A DNA stretch of 64,000 nucleotides, taken from IMG/VR virus record IMGVR_UViG_3300042940_001739, one strand, 5' to 3'. Origin of the DNA: a virus. Taxonomy: Duplodnaviria > Heunggongvirae > Uroviricota > Caudoviricetes. Both the position numbers and the translations under genes were made by a program. This document shows, piece after piece, positions 38,795 through 48,835 of the stretch; the first letter of the stretch is position 1; the number at the start of each line of letters is the position of its first letter. The notes under the pieces were generated by a model. It had not been told where the DNA came from and searched no databases. It saw only the letters and a list, made by a program, of their open reading frames with translations.

Positions 38795-39637
38795 ATGGCT
38801 GAAAAACATAAAAGCAAATACAAAAAACCAGAAAATACTAAATACAAATCACGTAAAGATCTTAAGGATTATACGTTAGATGATAAAGATGGAAAATTGA
38901 ATCCAAAATCTACAGGTGAAAAACAATCTAATGTTTTACGTAAAACAGATAAGCCAATGGTAGATGATGGCAAAATGGACGTAAAGTGGAATGCTGACGA
39001 TCGTCTTTATAAAGATTTAGAAGATGGCGAGTATGATGGAAAGCATGCTGCTAAAGTGTTAAAGAAGCGTCAAGATCAAGACGAAAAAGACAACGAGAAA
39101 AATATCAAAGATAAAATTGAAAATTTAACTCGTGAACAAAAAGAGCGTTTAGTTAGAGAGTTTTTACGACGTAAAATCGAAAAAGTACTTTCAGAGCAAT
39201 TTTTAAATGAACAAGCACCTGAAGAAGAGCAACCAGCACCAAATGCAGAAGTTCCAGCACCGGATGCAGCAGCACCTGCGCCTGCTCCAACAGACCCTGC
39301 CGCAGCACCAGCACCAGCTGCACCAGCACCAGCACCAGATGCAGCAGCACCTGCTCCAACAGCAGACGCTACTACACCACCACCGGCAGATGCACCAGCA
39401 CCAGCAGCAGAAGATGAATTATCTGATGAATCTAAAGAAGCTGTATCAATTGAAAAATTTGTTAAACAATTACAGTCAGACGGCGGAAATATTGCTAGAA
39501 TTAAAACATTATCAAAGGTATTTAATTTAGCAATGAAAGATTCTGAAGTTGAAGATAAAAAGAACTTTTTCAAATTATTAAAGCAATTAGCAGTAAAAAA
39601 ATTAAGTACTGCAGAAATTCCTCAAGAAAAAAAATAA
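38795..39637 (+). CDS. Hypothetical late protein with Pro/Ala-rich linker
   Basis: K-rich N-terminus, VLSEQFLNE putative cleavage sites, PAPDAAAP repeats. Confidence 0.7.
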   Translation: MAEKHKSKYKKPENTKYKSRKDLKDYTLDDKDGKLNPKSTGEKQSNVLRKTDKPMVDDGKMDVKWNADDRLYKDLEDGEYDGKHAAKVLKKRQDQDEKDNEKNIKDKIENLTREQKERLVREFLRRKIEKVLSEQFLNEQAPEEEQPAPNAEVPAPDAAAPAPAPTDPAAAPAPAAPAPAPDAAAPAPTADATTPPPADAPAPAAEDELSDESKEAVSIEKFVKQLQSDGGNIARIKTLSKVFNLAMKDSEVEDKKNFFKLLKQLAVKKLSTAEIPQEKK

Positions 39638-39644
39638 AAGTTAT

Positions 39645-40292
39645 ATGTCTAAAAAGTTACAAAATGTCAAAGCTATTCAACAAATGTTGGATGGCAACCA
39701 TAAATTTCAAACTAAGAAAACAATTGGCTTTTCTGATGCTGAAACAGTGGCTAAACAAAATGATCGTCATGATGTCGGCGACTCGTGGGAAGAAACAGAT
39801 TCTTCCACAGGAACAACATATGTTATTGAACAACATGATGGCTTTCGAATAAGAAAATCAAAAAACTCAGATATATTTCAATCTGTTCGTGATGAAATAC
39901 GTTCTTTTCCTAATTGTAGAAAAGAAACATGTACATGTTCCGGTAAAAATCAAGCAGATATTAAAATGCGTAAAATACACGGAATGTGTTTAGATTGCGT
40001 TGTTGATATGGAACATGAATTGAAAAAAGCTGGCAAGTTCGAGGAGTATGAACAAAATAAAATTCGCGAAAATGCAATAGCTTGGTTAGCATCTGCAGAA
40101 CGAGATGTTGAAATGTTAAAACAAGCATATACTGAATCAAGTAAATTTGTTAGTAGTACGAACGGAGACGTTGAAACATGGGCCGCAAAAATGACCCCAG
40201 AAGAATTTCACGAAACAGTTCAAAAACAATTTGACAAATTTAAAGAAGAATTTTTAAACAACCTAAATAAAGAAAACAATGAAACTAATTAA
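39645..40292 (+). CDS. Hypothetical Cys-cluster (zinc-binding) protein
   Basis: CRKETCTC...HGMCLDC. Confidence 0.65.
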   Translation: MSKKLQNVKAIQQMLDGNHKFQTKKTIGFSDAETVAKQNDRHDVGDSWEETDSSTGTTYVIEQHDGFRIRKSKNSDIFQSVRDEIRSFPNCRKETCTCSGKNQADIKMRKIHGMCLDCVVDMEHELKKAGKFEEYEQNKIRENAIAWLASAERDVEMLKQAYTESSKFVSSTNGDVETWAAKMTPEEFHETVQKQFDKFKEEFLNNLNKENNETN

Positions 40293-40611
40293 AAAGTATT
40301 GGTTTGTTATTGCTGGAGCAGTAGCAGCTATCGTTGGATTTATGTTATTGAATAATAGTAAATCTAAAAAAGTAAGTAAAATTAATAAAAAGATCAAAGA
40401 GAACGAAAAAGAAATTGAAGTTCTTGAAGAAAAGATTGAACAAGTAGAAGAAGCACGAGCAGAAGTTGCGGAAGAAATTGTTCAACACGAAACATTAATT
40501 GAAGCATTTGAAGAAAAGAAAGAAAATATTGTAATCGAAGAAGTTCCAGTAGAGGAAGCAAAAGACAATATTTTAGCAAAAACATCACGTGGAAGAAAAA
40601 AGAAAAAATGA
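40279..40611 (+). CDS. Membrane-anchored coiled-coil protein
   Basis: N-terminal TM, then K/E coiled coil. Confidence 0.7.
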   Translation: MKLIKKYWFVIAGAVAAIVGFMLLNNSKSKKVSKINKKIKENEKEIEVLEEKIEQVEEARAEVAEEIVQHETLIEAFEEKKENIVIEEVPVEEAKDNILAKTSRGRKKKK

Positions 40612-40994
40612 AAAAGTTCTTAATCATATTATGTTTAATAATTCCAGCAATTAGTTTTTCACAAAAAGCTAAAGCTAAAGTTGTACCTGATACATGTTTT
40701 ACTCAACAAGAAATTAAAGACATTTCATTTACAATTGATTCTTTATTTGCTGTATGTGATATTAATGATGAACTAATTCCAGAATACAAAAGTTTAATCG
40801 AAAAACAAAAAGAAATGATTAAACTAGATTCTACACAAATTGCATATCAAAAACAACAAACTAGTTTACTTCAAGAAAATATCAACTTATATGTTGAAAA
40901 AGAACGCATAACAAACAAATGGTATAATAACAAATATCTTTGGTTAGGAATGGGCTTCGTTGGTGGAGTATTCATAGACCGATTATTAAAATAA
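40608..40994 (+). CDS. Signal-peptide coiled-coil protein with C-terminal TM
   Basis: MKKFLIILCLIIPAISFSQ signal; YLWLGMGFVGGVFI C-terminal TM. Confidence 0.7.
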   Translation: MKKFLIILCLIIPAISFSQKAKAKVVPDTCFTQQEIKDISFTIDSLFAVCDINDELIPEYKSLIEKQKEMIKLDSTQIAYQKQQTSLLQENINLYVEKERITNKWYNNKYLWLGMGFVGGVFIDRLLK

Positions 40995-40998
40995 CGTT

Positions 40999-42579
40999 AT
41001 GAGTCAACCTAGCATAAAACAAATAATACAGCAACAGTACATGATGTGTGCTAAAGATCCTGTATTTTTTATGCGTAATTATTGTTATATCCAACACCCT
41101 AAGCGAGGAAAGATTAAATTTAACCTTTTCCCATTTCAGGAAGATTCATTAACAGAATTGCGTGATAATCGTTACAATGTAATATTAAAATCACGTCAGT
41201 TAGGTATATCAACATTAGCAGCTGGGTTTGCTCTTTGGTCAATGCTATTTGCGGAAGACTTCAACGTTTTAGTTATTGCAACAACACAAGAAGTAGCAAA
41301 AAACTTAGTAACAAAAGTTCGTGTCATGCACGACAATTTACCGAGTTGGTTAAAAGGATCTGTTGAAGCAGACAATAAACTATCTTTAAAATTTAAAAAC
41401 GGCTCACAAATTAAAGCAGTATCATCAGCAGGTACTGGAGCACGTTCAGAAGCATTATCATTATTAATAGTTGATGAGGCTGCGTTTATTCGTAATATTG
41501 AAGAAATATGGATTGCATCGCAAGCAACATTATCAACGGGTGGGGGTGCTATAGTATTATCAACTCCTAACGGGGTTGGTAACTGGTTTCATCAAACATG
41601 GGCTGATGCTGAAGCAAATATTAACGGATTCCATACAGTTAAACTACATTGGACAGTACATCCAGAACGCGATCAAGATTGGCGAGATGAACAAACTAAA
41701 TTATTAGGCGAACGTGGAGCTGCTCAAGAATGTGATTGTGACTTTGTTAGTTCAGGACATACTGTAGTTGACGGTCCGTTATTATTAGAATATGATGAAC
41801 AAACTTCAGATCCAATTGAAAGACGAGGTTTCGATGGAAACTATTGGGTGTGGGAATATCCAGATTATCAACGTGACTATTTAGTAGTAGCTGACGTCGC
41901 ACGTGGTGATGGAGGAGATTATTCTGCATTTCATGTTTTTGATGTTCAAGATGTACGACAAGTTGCTGAGTATAAAGGAAAAATTCCTCCTAATGAATTT
42001 GGCCAAATGCTTGTAACAGTTGCAACAGAATGGAACAATGCATTGCTAGCAATTGAAAATGCAAACATTGGTTGGGCAGCAATTCAACCAGCATTAGATA
42101 GAGGTTATCCTAATTTACATTATACATATAAAGATGATGGATATACAGATGCTGATGTGCAATTGAAAAAAGGTTATGATATGAAAGATAAGAGCCAAAT
42201 GGTTCCGGGAGTATCAACTACAACACGTACACGTCCATTAATGATTTCAGCATTAGAAATGTATATGCGTGAAAAAACACCTATTATTCGTAGTAAGAGA
42301 TTAATACAAGAGCTATTGGTATTTGTATGGTTAAATGGGAAAGCACAAGCACAACAAGGCTATAACGATGACTTAGTAATGTCATTCTGTATTGGACTTT
42401 GGCTTCGCGACTCAACTTTAAAACTACGTCAACAAGGAATTGAATTAAATAAAAAAGCATTATCATCATTCCAAAAATCTAATACAGTTATTTACACAGG
42501 AAATAGCAAAAACCAAAATACCGGTTGGGATTGGGATACCGGTTTCGGTAATGAAGGCCTAACGTGGCTTATTAAATAG
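40999..42579 (+). CDS. terL: Terminase large subunit
   Basis: KSRQLGIS Walker A, LLIVDEAAF Walker B, STPNG, QECDCDF, VADVARGDGGDYS, NDDLVMS. Confidence 0.97.
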   Translation: MSQPSIKQIIQQQYMMCAKDPVFFMRNYCYIQHPKRGKIKFNLFPFQEDSLTELRDNRYNVILKSRQLGISTLAAGFALWSMLFAEDFNVLVIATTQEVAKNLVTKVRVMHDNLPSWLKGSVEADNKLSLKFKNGSQIKAVSSAGTGARSEALSLLIVDEAAFIRNIEEIWIASQATLSTGGGAIVLSTPNGVGNWFHQTWADAEANINGFHTVKLHWTVHPERDQDWRDEQTKLLGERGAAQECDCDFVSSGHTVVDGPLLLEYDEQTSDPIERRGFDGNYWVWEYPDYQRDYLVVADVARGDGGDYSAFHVFDVQDVRQVAEYKGKIPPNEFGQMLVTVATEWNNALLAIENANIGWAAIQPALDRGYPNLHYTYKDDGYTDADVQLKKGYDMKDKSQMVPGVSTTTRTRPLMISALEMYMREKTPIIRSKRLIQELLVFVWLNGKAQAQQGYNDDLVMSFCIGLWLRDSTLKLRQQGIELNKKALSSFQKSNTVIYTGNSKNQNTGWDWDTGFGNEGLTWLIK

Positions 42580-42626
42580 CCACTGATCTATACTTAGATA
42601 TATTTATATAAAAAAAGATATATAAT

Positions 42627-44471
42627 ATGGCGTCATTAAGAAAACGACTACAAAACCTTTTTAGTACTAACGTAATTGTTAGAGCGTATGGAAAAGATCA
42701 ACTTAGAATAGTTGATACCAATCGTTTACAATCAGTTGGTAACTTAGGTCAAAGTAAAGTAGCAGATAGATATACTAGACTACATGGAGCAAATAAGCAT
42801 CGAGTAGGTGGAATGGGCGGATATGATTCTAACTATTACATGCACCAGAATCGTATGCAATTGTATGCAGATTATGAAATGATGGATAAAGATCCAATTA
42901 TTAGTTCTGCATTAGACATTTATTCAGATGAATCTACATTAGCAGATCAGTTTGGAGAAATTCTAACAATTAAAACAAATAACACTCAAGTACAAAAAAT
43001 CCTTTACAATTTATTTTATGATATTTTAAATATTGAGTTCAATTTATGGACTTGGATTAGAAATATGGTGAAATATGGTGATTTCTTTTTAAAATTAGAT
43101 ATTGCTGATGAAGTAGGAATATTAAATGCTCGTCCGTTTTCTAGCTACGAAATGGAACGTTGGGAAGAATATAATGAAGCAACTGGTGAATATGATATTA
43201 AATTCAAAAATATTGCTTCAGAACAAATGACATATGATGTGTTCGAAATAGCACATTTCCGTATGTTATCAGATTCTAACTTTTTACCATATGGTAGATC
43301 AATGTTAGAAGGAGCTCGTAAAGAATTCCAAAAATTAATGATGATGGAAGACGCAATGCTTATTCATAGAATTATGCGTGCGCCTGAAAAACGTATTTTT
43401 AAAATTGATATTGGTAATATTCCTACAAATGAAGTTGATTCATTTATGGAAGGAATTATCAATAAAATGAAAAAGATTCCACATATCGATCCGAACACAG
43501 GAAATTATAATTTAAAGTTCAATCTTAGCAATATGCTAGAAGATTATTATTTGCCAGTTCGTGGAGGTCAATCATCTACAACAATTGACACATTGCCGGG
43601 AATGACTTTTACCGGAATGGATGATATTGAATATATCAGAACAAAGATGATGGCTGCACTTAAAATACCAGCACCATTCTTAGGATATTCTGAAGCAGTT
43701 GAAGGTAAAAGTACTTTAGCATCAATGGATATTCGTTTTGCTAGAACAATTGAGCGTGTACAAAAAATTGTGACGTCTGAACTAGTTAAGATTGCAATTG
43801 TGCATTTATATTCACAAGGATTTGAAGGCGAAGATTTAGTTGGATTTGAATTAGAATTAACAGCACCATCTATTATTTACGATCAGCAAAAAGTTGCATT
43901 AATGACTGAAAAAATGACATTAGCAACTGCAATGAAAGACAGTAAATTAGTTTCTGACAGATACATTTATGAATATATATTCAATATGTCAGAGGAACAA
44001 TGGCTACAAGAAAGAACAGACGTTGTAGAAGATTTAAAATTACGATTCCGACAAAACCAAATTGAACAAGAAGGAAATGATCCATCAGTAACTGGGGTTT
44101 CATTTGGAACGCCACACGATTTAGCATCAATGCATATGAGTAGTGATGAAGTTGAAGACAAAGATTTAGGTGGACGTCCGAAAGAAGGAATTAAATTTGG
44201 ACAACATAAAAACCAAATGGGTTGGGATCCTACAGGGGCTAAAGGTTTAAAACAAGCATTTAAACCAGAAAACCAAAAAACAACATTCCAACCAGATCCT
44301 AAATTTAAAAAGATGGCAGGATCAGTTGCTGTTGAAAATCATAATATTTTGAAACATTTAAAATCTAAAAATAAGAGCGTTAGTATTATCACTGAATCAT
44401 TAAATTCTAAAAAGAAGCGTGATGCTGATAAAGATGCTGGCACAATGTTAGACGAAAACAACATTTTATAA
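42627..44471 (+). CDS. Portal protein (T4 gp20-like)
   Basis: DYEMMD..PIISSALDI, YGRSMLE, MEDAMLIHRIMRAPEKRIFKIDIGN, EDYYLPVRG, ALKIP. Confidence 0.95.
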   Translation: MASLRKRLQNLFSTNVIVRAYGKDQLRIVDTNRLQSVGNLGQSKVADRYTRLHGANKHRVGGMGGYDSNYYMHQNRMQLYADYEMMDKDPIISSALDIYSDESTLADQFGEILTIKTNNTQVQKILYNLFYDILNIEFNLWTWIRNMVKYGDFFLKLDIADEVGILNARPFSSYEMERWEEYNEATGEYDIKFKNIASEQMTYDVFEIAHFRMLSDSNFLPYGRSMLEGARKEFQKLMMMEDAMLIHRIMRAPEKRIFKIDIGNIPTNEVDSFMEGIINKMKKIPHIDPNTGNYNLKFNLSNMLEDYYLPVRGGQSSTTIDTLPGMTFTGMDDIEYIRTKMMAALKIPAPFLGYSEAVEGKSTLASMDIRFARTIERVQKIVTSELVKIAIVHLYSQGFEGEDLVGFELELTAPSIIYDQQKVALMTEKMTLATAMKDSKLVSDRYIYEYIFNMSEEQWLQERTDVVEDLKLRFRQNQIEQEGNDPSVTGVSFGTPHDLASMHMSSDEVEDKDLGGRPKEGIKFGQHKNQMGWDPTGAKGLKQAFKPENQKTTFQPDPKFKKMAGSVAVENHNILKHLKSKNKSVSIITESLNSKKKRDADKDAGTMLDENNIL

Positions 44472-44513
44472 TTAGAAACATATTTATTAAAAACACAAGG
44501 CATCGTATAGAAC

Positions 44514-45362
44514 ATGAAGAAATTAAAACATTCAAAATATAAAAATACGGGTATTTTATTTGAAATGTTGGTTAGAAAATTAACTTCAGAGACATTAACA
44601 TCAAATAAATCAGTAACCATTGATATTATTAAAAAATACTTTGGTAGAAATACTGAATTATCAAAAGAACTGCAACTATACAATTCTTTAATTAAAGAAC
44701 AGTTTAGAAGTGAAGCTCAAGCATTAGATTATATACGTACTGTTAAGTCTGCATATGATAAATTGAACCAAAGCGTATTGAAACGTCAACGATATAATCT
44801 AGTAAAAGAAATATCAGAAAAGTTTGTATTTACAAATATGGCAAAAATGCATATCAATAACTACAAAGTACTTGCTTCAATTAATATGATATTTGAACAT
44901 ACTGAGACAGATAATCCAAAACAATTAATGGAGTGCAAAACAGCAATCATTGACCATGGTATTATTACTGAACGTGCTCAACCTAAAAAAGATGCGTTAA
45001 TTGAAGCATTTGAATCTCAACCAAAAGATATGCGTTTATTGTCATATAAAATATTAGTTGATAAATTCAATGAAAAATATTCTGGATTAGACGAATCACA
45101 AAAGCAATTGTTGAATAAGTATATTACACACGTTAATGACACAGCAGCTTTACGTGAATATGTACAAACAATTATTCCGAAAATTAAAGCTGATCTAGCA
45201 GAACAAGCAAAATCTATAACAGATGCAGCAACAAAAATAAAAGTATCTAAATTGTCAGAAATGCTTTGTAATGTAGAATCAATGAAGACAATTAAAGAAT
45301 CACACGTGTTATCATTGTTACGTTATTTTGATTTAGTTCGAGAATTAAAGGAGATCCATTAA
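44514..45362 (+). CDS. Head-module hypothetical protein
   Basis: KLKHSKYKNTGILFEMLVR N-terminus; IITE site; between portal and protease. Confidence 0.7.
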   Translation: MKKLKHSKYKNTGILFEMLVRKLTSETLTSNKSVTIDIIKKYFGRNTELSKELQLYNSLIKEQFRSEAQALDYIRTVKSAYDKLNQSVLKRQRYNLVKEISEKFVFTNMAKMHINNYKVLASINMIFEHTETDNPKQLMECKTAIIDHGIITERAQPKKDALIEAFESQPKDMRLLSYKILVDKFNEKYSGLDESQKQLLNKYITHVNDTAALREYVQTIIPKIKADLAEQAKSITDAATKIKVSKLSEMLCNVESMKTIKESHVLSLLRYFDLVRELKEIH

Positions 45363-45850
45363 TGAAATCACTATTAAGAGAAATGAAAGAAAAGTTTCAA
45401 GAAATAGAAAATGATTATTGTGATGGATGTGATCGTCCATCAGATAAATGTATTTGTAATGATGAAATTGACGAACAAAATGTAACAGGTGCTATTGCTG
45501 GATTTAATACTCCTAAGGCATTTGCTAAAAAAACAAATGACAAAACAGCTGAACAACTAGGATATAAAAAAGTTGAAGAAGCAATGGAACAAAAATATTT
45601 AGCAATTATCGAAGGGTATCGAGACTTTAAAAAAGGTGATGTTAAACCATCACATAAAGTAAAAAATACAATTAAAGAAATTGCAAAGAAGCTTCATGAA
45701 ATTGAAACATTAGTGCAATACAATACTAGATTAAAAACAGAATCTGGAATTGCATCGTCTGAATATGGTCCAAGTACCTCAAAAGCACTAAATAAAATAT
45801 CAGAGCGATTAATTAAAATATCAGAACGAGTAAGATCATTAGGGGAGTAA
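45362..45850 (+). CDS. Head-module protein with MKSLLRE leader and Cys cluster
   Basis: CDGC...CIC; IDE-QNVTGAIAGFNTPKAF. Confidence 0.65.
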   Translation: MKSLLREMKEKFQEIENDYCDGCDRPSDKCICNDEIDEQNVTGAIAGFNTPKAFAKKTNDKTAEQLGYKKVEEAMEQKYLAIIEGYRDFKKGDVKPSHKVKNTIKEIAKKLHEIETLVQYNTRLKTESGIASSEYGPSTSKALNKISERLIKISERVRSLGE

Positions 45851-45851
45851 G

Positions 45852-46478
45852 ATGTCAAAATTATTAGTAGAATATATGCAATTTAAACCAATTGGTTCAT
45901 TAAATGAAACAAGCGGTGCTGCATATGGCGTTCCGGGTGGTTTTGTAGTGCAAGGTGTTTTACAACGTGCTGGTGCTAAGAATCAAAACGGAAGAATTTA
46001 TCCAAAAAATATATTGATGCGTGAATGTGTACGTTATCAAAAAGAATATATTGATCAACATAGAGCATTAGGCGAGTTAGATCATCCAGAATCATCAGTT
46101 GTTAACTTGAACAACGTTTCTCATAACATTTTAAAAATATGGTGGGAAGGTGATGATTTAAAAGGAGCAGTTCAAATTTTAGAAACTCCGTCAGGTAAAA
46201 TTCTTAAAGAACTTTTTAAAGCTGGAATTACATTAGGTATTTCATCCCGCGGTTTAGGATCTGTTAAAGAACTTAGAAACGAAGGTGCTGTTGAAGTTCA
46301 AGAAGACTTTGAATTAATTTGTTGGGACTTCGTATCTAATCCTTCTACACATGGGGCTTTTATGCGTCCTACGCACATGCACGAATCAGTTGGTAAAATG
46401 AATACCACAAATAAATATAATAAAGTAAACAGCCTTATAACTTCGATTTTATGCGAAGATGGTAAATGTAGAATATAA
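45852..46478 (+). CDS. Prohead core protease (T4 gp21-like)
   Basis: NQNGRIYP, ALGELDHP, VSH, TPSGKI, GISSRGLGS, DFVSNPS motifs. Confidence 0.97.
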   Translation: MSKLLVEYMQFKPIGSLNETSGAAYGVPGGFVVQGVLQRAGAKNQNGRIYPKNILMRECVRYQKEYIDQHRALGELDHPESSVVNLNNVSHNILKIWWEGDDLKGAVQILETPSGKILKELFKAGITLGISSRGLGSVKELRNEGAVEVQEDFELICWDFVSNPSTHGAFMRPTHMHESVGKMNTTNKYNKVNSLITSILCEDGKCRI

Positions 46479-46482
46479 TAAG

Positions 46483-46857
46483 ATGAAAAGCAACTTAAAA
46501 TATATTTTGGAAATGATCAATGAAGATCAACCACAGCCATTATCTAAAGAAGAAAAACAAGAGTTTTTAGATCAAGTAAAACGTTTCAGCGAAATGGGTG
46601 ATTCTGTTTATGGTAGAGGCGATCTTCAAAATTTAACGGACCGAGTTAAAGACATGATCAACAAAGCAGAACAAATTACAACTGAAGCTGGAGATTGGTT
46701 TGATAATGTAACAGTTAAACGTCACATGAAAAACTTGAATGATTCATATCGTGTATTTGAAGCAACTGCAAAAGAAATGAGTCAATTGCAACAACGTTTA
46801 AGTGCAGCTTATGAAGACATTGCACAAGGTTTAAATAAATACTTCGACGTTAATTAA
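46483..46857 (+). CDS. Head-module helical protein with MKSNLKYILE leader
   Basis: Probable ATG at 46483; all-alpha. Confidence 0.65.
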   Translation: MKSNLKYILEMINEDQPQPLSKEEKQEFLDQVKRFSEMGDSVYGRGDLQNLTDRVKDMINKAEQITTEAGDWFDNVTVKRHMKNLNDSYRVFEATAKEMSQLQQRLSAAYEDIAQGLNKYFDVN

Positions 46858-46898
46858 TTTGGATAATTAACTAATATTTTTTATATTAAAGGTATAAA

Positions 46899-47348
46899 AT
46901 GAATAAACTAAAAAAATTATATAAAGAATTTTTTGGATTAACTGAACAAGCAGTAAAAGGAAGTATATCAGTTAAAGATCCTGCAAAGGCTGAGGAATTA
47001 GCAAAAAAAGGATTAGATGTGAAATTAGTTGATGAAGCTCAACTTATTAATCATATGACTGATTACCGAGGAGGCGTAGAATATGTTATATATGACGCAG
47101 CACAAGCACAAGTAGTAGCCAATGACATTCAACAATGGGCAGAGAAAAAAGGATTTACTATTATCAGCAAAAAGATTTCAAAATCAGGAACTGTAGGATA
47201 TTTTTATTTTAGATTAGGAGAAGACCCAGCACGAGAATCACAAAAAATACAAGGCTATGTTTCACAATTACCAAGTGTAAAACATTTTAGATTCAATGTA
47301 CGTTCACAACGTCCTACAAAGAAACAAAGACCATCAATAGAAATGTAA
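46899..47348 (+). CDS. Hypothetical protein with predicted ferredoxin-like (ACT/bS6-like) C-domain
   Basis: beta-alpha-beta-beta-alpha-beta pattern from VEYVIYD to VKHFRFNV; TTGG-N19-TATATT promoter at 46859. Confidence 0.55.
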   Translation: MNKLKKLYKEFFGLTEQAVKGSISVKDPAKAEELAKKGLDVKLVDEAQLINHMTDYRGGVEYVIYDAAQAQVVANDIQQWAEKKGFTIISKKISKSGTVGYFYFRLGEDPARESQKIQGYVSQLPSVKHFRFNVRSQRPTKKQRPSIEM

Positions 47349-47367
47349 TAAATTTTAAACAAGTTAT

Positions 47368-47613
47368 ATGAGTAAAAAACAAAAACAACATCAACAAATT
47401 GTGCCAGGAAATGCATTAGCAGTTAAAGTTATCGGATCAACGAGAGAAGATTTAGCACATGCACTTAAGGCGTGGAAACGAAAAGTAAAATCAGCAAACA
47501 TCTTAGAAGAAGTTAAAGACAGACGTGAATTTATCAAACCAGGAGTTAAACGTCGCAAACAACTACAAGATGCGGCATTCATGCAAATGGTAAGAGATTT
47601 GCATTCTAAATAA
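47368..47613 (+). CDS. rpsU: Ribosomal protein bS21
   Basis: AVKV...DLAHALKAWKRKVKSANILEEVKDRREFIKPGVKRRKQ matches the bS21 pattern; N-terminal extension. Confidence 0.9.
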   Translation: MSKKQKQHQQIVPGNALAVKVIGSTREDLAHALKAWKRKVKSANILEEVKDRREFIKPGVKRRKQLQDAAFMQMVRDLHSK

Positions 47614-47634
47614 AAATTAATTTAATTAATTATT

Positions 47635-47670
47635 AAAGCCCCTTCCTAATAAGTTGGGGCTTTTTTACTG
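47635..47670 (+). terminator. Intrinsic terminator after rpsU (identical to inverted copy at 3740-3775)
   Basis: AAAGCCCC-TTCCTAATAAGTT-GGGGC-TTTTTTACTG. Confidence 0.85.
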
Positions 47671-47697
47671 GTTTTTCAAACTTGTCTATATTTATTT

Positions 47698-47805
47698 TAG
47701 AATACGCTATTCCAACCTATTATATAGCGTCTAGAAAAAATTAAAATATTCTATTAAGATTCCGAATAATCTTATTTCCAAAAAACAAATTTAAGGAGTA
47801 AACTT
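47698..47805 (+). promoter_or_regulatory. Structured 5' leader of scaffold/capsid operon with SD
   Basis: Stems ACGCTAT/ATAGCGT, TAAGATT/AATCTTA, TAGAATA/TATTCTA; AAGGAG 7 nt before ATG. Confidence 0.5.
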
Positions 47806-48810
47806 ATGGCAAAATCAGATTTGCTAAAAGAAGCAATCGCAGATGCTCGTGCTGTTAAAGAAACTGCATTAGCAAACGCAAAGATCGCTCTTCAAGAAGC
47901 ATTTGCCCCAAGAATCCAACGTATGATCTCTGATCAAATCGAGAATGAACTTGATAGTGAAGAAGAAGTACCAGCTGAAGAACCAGCAATGGATGATATG
48001 GGTGCAGCAGGCGCTGAAGACGAATTAGGGACAGATGTTGGAGATTTATCAATCGACGTTGATGGTGACGGAGAATTTGATGAGTTTGACATTATGTCTA
48101 ATGAACCAATGGGTAACGAAGAAGGCGAAGATATGCCGGCAGAAGAAATGCCAGCAGAAGATATGCCAGCTGAAAACCCTGAGGAAGAGTACAACGAAGG
48201 ATATGAAGAATCTGATGAAGATCTTAATCTTGAAGCAATCATTCGCGAGTTAGAAGGTGACTTAGAAGAACCAGAAGAGCCAATGATGGAAGAAGATGAA
48301 TTTGAATTAGAAGATCCGATGATGGAAGGTGATTACACTGAAGAAGCTGATGACTTAAACATCGACGAAATCATTGAATCAATCCTACGTGAAGAAGAAG
48401 AAGGTGATGTATCTGTACAAGACGAAACTGGTGAAGTTGAAGCAATGAAAGAAGAGTTAGAAGAAGCGTATAATACAGTACGTCAACTTAAATCTATCAT
48501 CAACGAAGTTAACTTGTTAAATGCAAAACTTCTTTACACAAACAAATTGTTCCGCAATTTTGAGTTGACAGAAGGTCAAAAAATGAAAGTAATTGAAAAC
48601 TTTGACAGAGCTGGAAACACAAGAGAAGTAAAATTAGTATTTAGTACTTTAGCTGAATCATTCAACCGTCCAAGTAAAAAACGTGTAGTTAAAGAATCTT
48701 ATGCATCGAAAGCAACAGCAACGACAGCACCTAAGAAAGAAACAACACAAGTTTTATCTGAAGGATTTGAATTAGCTAACAGATGGAAAAAATTAGCAGG
48801 ATTGCTATAA
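47806..48810 (+). CDS. Prohead core/scaffold protein (gp22-like)
   Basis: Highly acidic; LLKEAIADA N-terminus; VNLLNAKLLY; multiple LxE sites; directly upstream of MCP. Confidence 0.85.
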   Translation: MAKSDLLKEAIADARAVKETALANAKIALQEAFAPRIQRMISDQIENELDSEEEVPAEEPAMDDMGAAGAEDELGTDVGDLSIDVDGDGEFDEFDIMSNEPMGNEEGEDMPAEEMPAEDMPAENPEEEYNEGYEESDEDLNLEAIIRELEGDLEEPEEPMMEEDEFELEDPMMEGDYTEEADDLNIDEIIESILREEEEGDVSVQDETGEVEAMKEELEEAYNTVRQLKSIINEVNLLNAKLLYTNKLFRNFELTEGQKMKVIENFDRAGNTREVKLVFSTLAESFNRPSKKRVVKESYASKATATTAPKKETTQVLSEGFELANRWKKLAGLL

Positions 48811-48835
48811 AATTAAAAAAAAAGGAAAACGAAAA

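Noticed and set aside
39076-39573. Alternative-frame and antisense ORFs (165 aa minus, 107 aa Q/H-rich plus)
   Set aside because: Shadows of the Pro/Ala codon repeat (CCAGCA) in the real gene 38795..39637
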